DNA from: Gammaproteobacteria bacterium | Lineage (GTDB): Bacteria > Pseudomonadota > Gammaproteobacteria > UBA4575 | Length of the DNA stretch: 64,000 nucleotides | Assembly: GCA_965242685.1 (NCBI GenBank) | Contig: OZ251487.1 | Location: 417,199 to 481,198, forward strand | Direction: 5' to 3' | Shown here: in pieces, positions 61,781 through 64,000 of the stretch | Layout: each line of letters starts with the position of its first letter | Position numbering within the stretch: position 1 is the first letter of the stretch | Made by a program: the position numbers and the translations under genes | Notes under the pieces: model-generated | Told to the model about the DNA's origin: nothing | What the model saw: the letters and a program-made list of their open reading frames with translations, nothing else | The model's database searches: none

Positions 61781-63541
61781 ATGACAACGAACGATGCTCT
61801 GTCGAAATGGGTAGAGGAAGTAACGGTACTTACAAAACCAGACAAGATTGTTTGGTGTGACGGTAGTGATGCTGAATATGATTCAATGGTTGAACAAATG
61901 CTTGCGACGGGTACGCTGCTCAAGTTGAACGAAGAAACCAATCCGAATTGCTATCTGCACCGCTCTGACCCTTCAGATGTCGCCCGTGTGGAGCATCTTA
62001 CCTTTGTATGTACAAAGAATAAGGAGGATGCAGGCCCGAATAACAACTGGATGGATCCCGATGAGGCAAACGCGAAATTGGATGTTCTGTTTGACGGTTG
62101 CATGAAAGGCCGCACCATGTACGTGATCCCCTACTGCATGGGACCGATTGATTCTCCGTTATCTCGCAATGGTGTGGAGATTACTGACAGTCCCTATGTG
62201 GTGGCTAACATGAAAATCATGGCACGCATCGGTACTCCCGCACTAAAACGCATTGAGAGGGAGGGGTCATTTGTAAAAGGGCTACACTCCATTGGGGATT
62301 TGGACCCGGAGAAGCGATTTATCATGCATTTTCCCGATGAGCTTTACATTAAAAGTGTCGGTTCAGGGTATGGCGGTAACGCGCTACTCGGTAAAAAGTG
62401 TCATGCCCTGCGAATTGCAAGCTGGCAGGCACGAACGGAAGGCTGGCTGGCAGAACATATGTTAATTGTAGGGCTGGAGAATCCGCAAGGTGAGACCCAT
62501 TACGTCGCGTGCGCGTTTCCGTCTGCCTGCGGCAAAACCAATCTGGCTATGCTTATTCCACCAGAACAATATAAGGGTTGGAAGGTAACTACTGTAGGCG
62601 ACGATATTTGCTGGATGCATTTGCGTGATGATGGGCGGCTTTGGGCTATCAACCCTGAATCGGGTTATTTCGGGGTGGTTCCGGGCACGAATGAATGGTC
62701 CAACAAAAATGCTTATGACACTTTGAAAAGCGACGCTATTTTTACCAATGTAGGTGTAACTGCGAACAACGAACCGTGGTGGGAAGACAAGGAGGACGGT
62801 AAACAACCCACTGTCAACTGGAAAGGTGAACCATATGATTCGGAAACAGGTCCGGCGGCACATCCGAATTCACGCTTTACAGTATCTGCAAAAAATAATC
62901 CGGTGTATTCGCCCATGGCGGACCATCCGGATGGCGTACCGATTACGGCACTGGTTTTTGGCGGTCGTCGCAAAGAGCTTGCGCCGCTTGTCTATCAGGC
63001 TAAAAACTGGTCGCATGGCGTCCTTGTTGGTGCTTCCTGTGCATCGGAAATGACTGCTGCGGCCATAGGCGGTGCGGGTCAGATACGCCGCGACCCGATG
63101 GCGATGAAACCTTTCTGTGGTTATAATTTTGCGGATTATTTTTCACACTGGCTCAGCTTTGGCGGCAAGTCGGACAAGTTGCCCGAGATCTTCCATGTAA
63201 ACTGGTTTCGTCGTGATCAGGATGGTCAGTTTATGTGGCCCGGGTTTGGCGAAAACATGCGGGTACTGGCCTGGATCGTTGAGCGCTGTGAAGGTAAGGT
63301 CGGTGCAAAAGAGACACCTATTGGTTTTCTGCCCAACGTTGACGATATCGATATCAACGGGATAGACGTTTCTGCGGAAACCATGCGGTCACTGCTCGCC
63401 GTTAACCCGGTACAGTGGCAACGGGAAGTGGCCGATATAGAGAAGTATTTTGCTGAATATGGAGACCGTATGCCAGGAACTCTGCTTGGTGAGTTAAGTG
63501 AGATTTCTGAGGCCTTGTCCCTGCAAAATAAGGCGGCTTGA
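61781..63541 (+). CDS. pckG: Phosphoenolpyruvate carboxykinase (GTP)
   Basis: 586 aa; GTP-PEPCK blocks (CACAFPSACGKTNLAML P-loop/kinase-1a, NPESGYFGV, WMHL...). Confidence 0.93.
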   Translation: MTTNDALSKWVEEVTVLTKPDKIVWCDGSDAEYDSMVEQMLATGTLLKLNEETNPNCYLHRSDPSDVARVEHLTFVCTKNKEDAGPNNNWMDPDEANAKLDVLFDGCMKGRTMYVIPYCMGPIDSPLSRNGVEITDSPYVVANMKIMARIGTPALKRIEREGSFVKGLHSIGDLDPEKRFIMHFPDELYIKSVGSGYGGNALLGKKCHALRIASWQARTEGWLAEHMLIVGLENPQGETHYVACAFPSACGKTNLAMLIPPEQYKGWKVTTVGDDICWMHLRDDGRLWAINPESGYFGVVPGTNEWSNKNAYDTLKSDAIFTNVGVTANNEPWWEDKEDGKQPTVNWKGEPYDSETGPAAHPNSRFTVSAKNNPVYSPMADHPDGVPITALVFGGRRKELAPLVYQAKNWSHGVLVGASCASEMTAAAIGGAGQIRRDPMAMKPFCGYNFADYFSHWLSFGGKSDKLPEIFHVNWFRRDQDGQFMWPGFGENMRVLAWIVERCEGKVGAKETPIGFLPNVDDIDINGIDVSAETMRSLLAVNPVQWQREVADIEKYFAEYGDRMPGTLLGELSEISEALSLQNKAA

Positions 63542-64000
63542 TCCAAACACATAAGTAAACTAAGGGAACTTTTGTTGCCTATACTTTCCCGCTATTTTCA
63601 TTGGTCAAACTAGTGAAGTAGCGTGTGATTTTTCTGGCAAAGCCAATAAAGCGGGTAAAATAGTAAAACCTTCTACCTCATTTTAACAGGTGCAGCTATC
63701 CGATTTCAGGCAGGAGGTTGGGCTCTATTGGCTTCATTTTCTCAGTCATAATTGCGCCACTTTTTCCTAGGATTTAATACCGTTGGCATACACTATCCCC
63801 CTTGTTCTCTTTCTCGGTAGAAGGGGGAGTCAAGAAGGTTTTGAAAGAATTATCTAACATTGTATATAATCCCTTATAAATAGCATACATTGTGTATCAG
63901 CCACCGCAAAAATTTATAAATTTTTCTGTTCGTTTTAGCTGTGTTGTTCGCTATATCGTTCATTGTTAAGTGCGGATGGAATGGTTTTTTTATTGTATTC

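Noticed and set aside
63542-64000. AT-rich non-coding tail after pckG
   Set aside because: No ORF, repeat or RNA structure could be supported. It is likely an intergenic/promoter region continuing beyond the window.

Overview
This 64 kb window reads as a gammaproteobacterial chromosome segment, judged from gene content and synteny. There are three ordinary stretches:
- Roughly 1-9.8 kb: LPS inner-core genes (GT9 heptosyltransferase, kdkA, waaA, waaF) interleaved with tolC, a rhodanese, a pcm-like methyltransferase, and an unusual radical-SAM plus Gfo/Idh/MocA oxidoreductase pair.
- Roughly 11-22 kb: thiC, msrA, pdxH, oligopeptidase B, a TonB-dependent receptor, a porin, a bactofilin and an RDD protein.
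- Roughly 38-64 kb: a very conserved housekeeping block (metY, bolA-like, rnd, chaN-like, mreBCD, gatCAB, prmC-prfA-hemA, TPR-lolB-ispE-tRNA-Gln-prs-rplY-pth-ychF-tRNA-Met, exbB-exbD-exbD-tonB, pckG).

Between the RDD gene and metY (about 22.7-38.3 kb) lies an AT-richer accessory/defense island, which is where the most interesting content sits:
- A 1163-aa Cas13a-like protein with two R-x4-H HEPN motifs at Cas13a-typical positions (R452/H457 and R1019/H1024).
- Immediately 3' of that gene, a minimal CRISPR array: two 28-nt repeats with a CCCC-loop-GGGG hairpin and an AAAC 3' end, like Cas13a direct repeats, separated by a 38-nt spacer. No cas1 or cas2 is present.
- A divergently transcribed MT-A70 (DPPW) adenine methyltransferase.
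- A complete Type III R-M system (Mod, Res) with a 429-aa coiled-coil/transmembrane gene inserted between mod and res.
- An operonic ABC-type AAA ATPase plus small PIN-domain nuclease pair.

An orphan beta-class DNA methyltransferase sits separately between the LPS cluster and thiC. No transposases or rRNA genes were seen. Two tRNAs were found: Gln-UUG and Met/Ile2-CAU.
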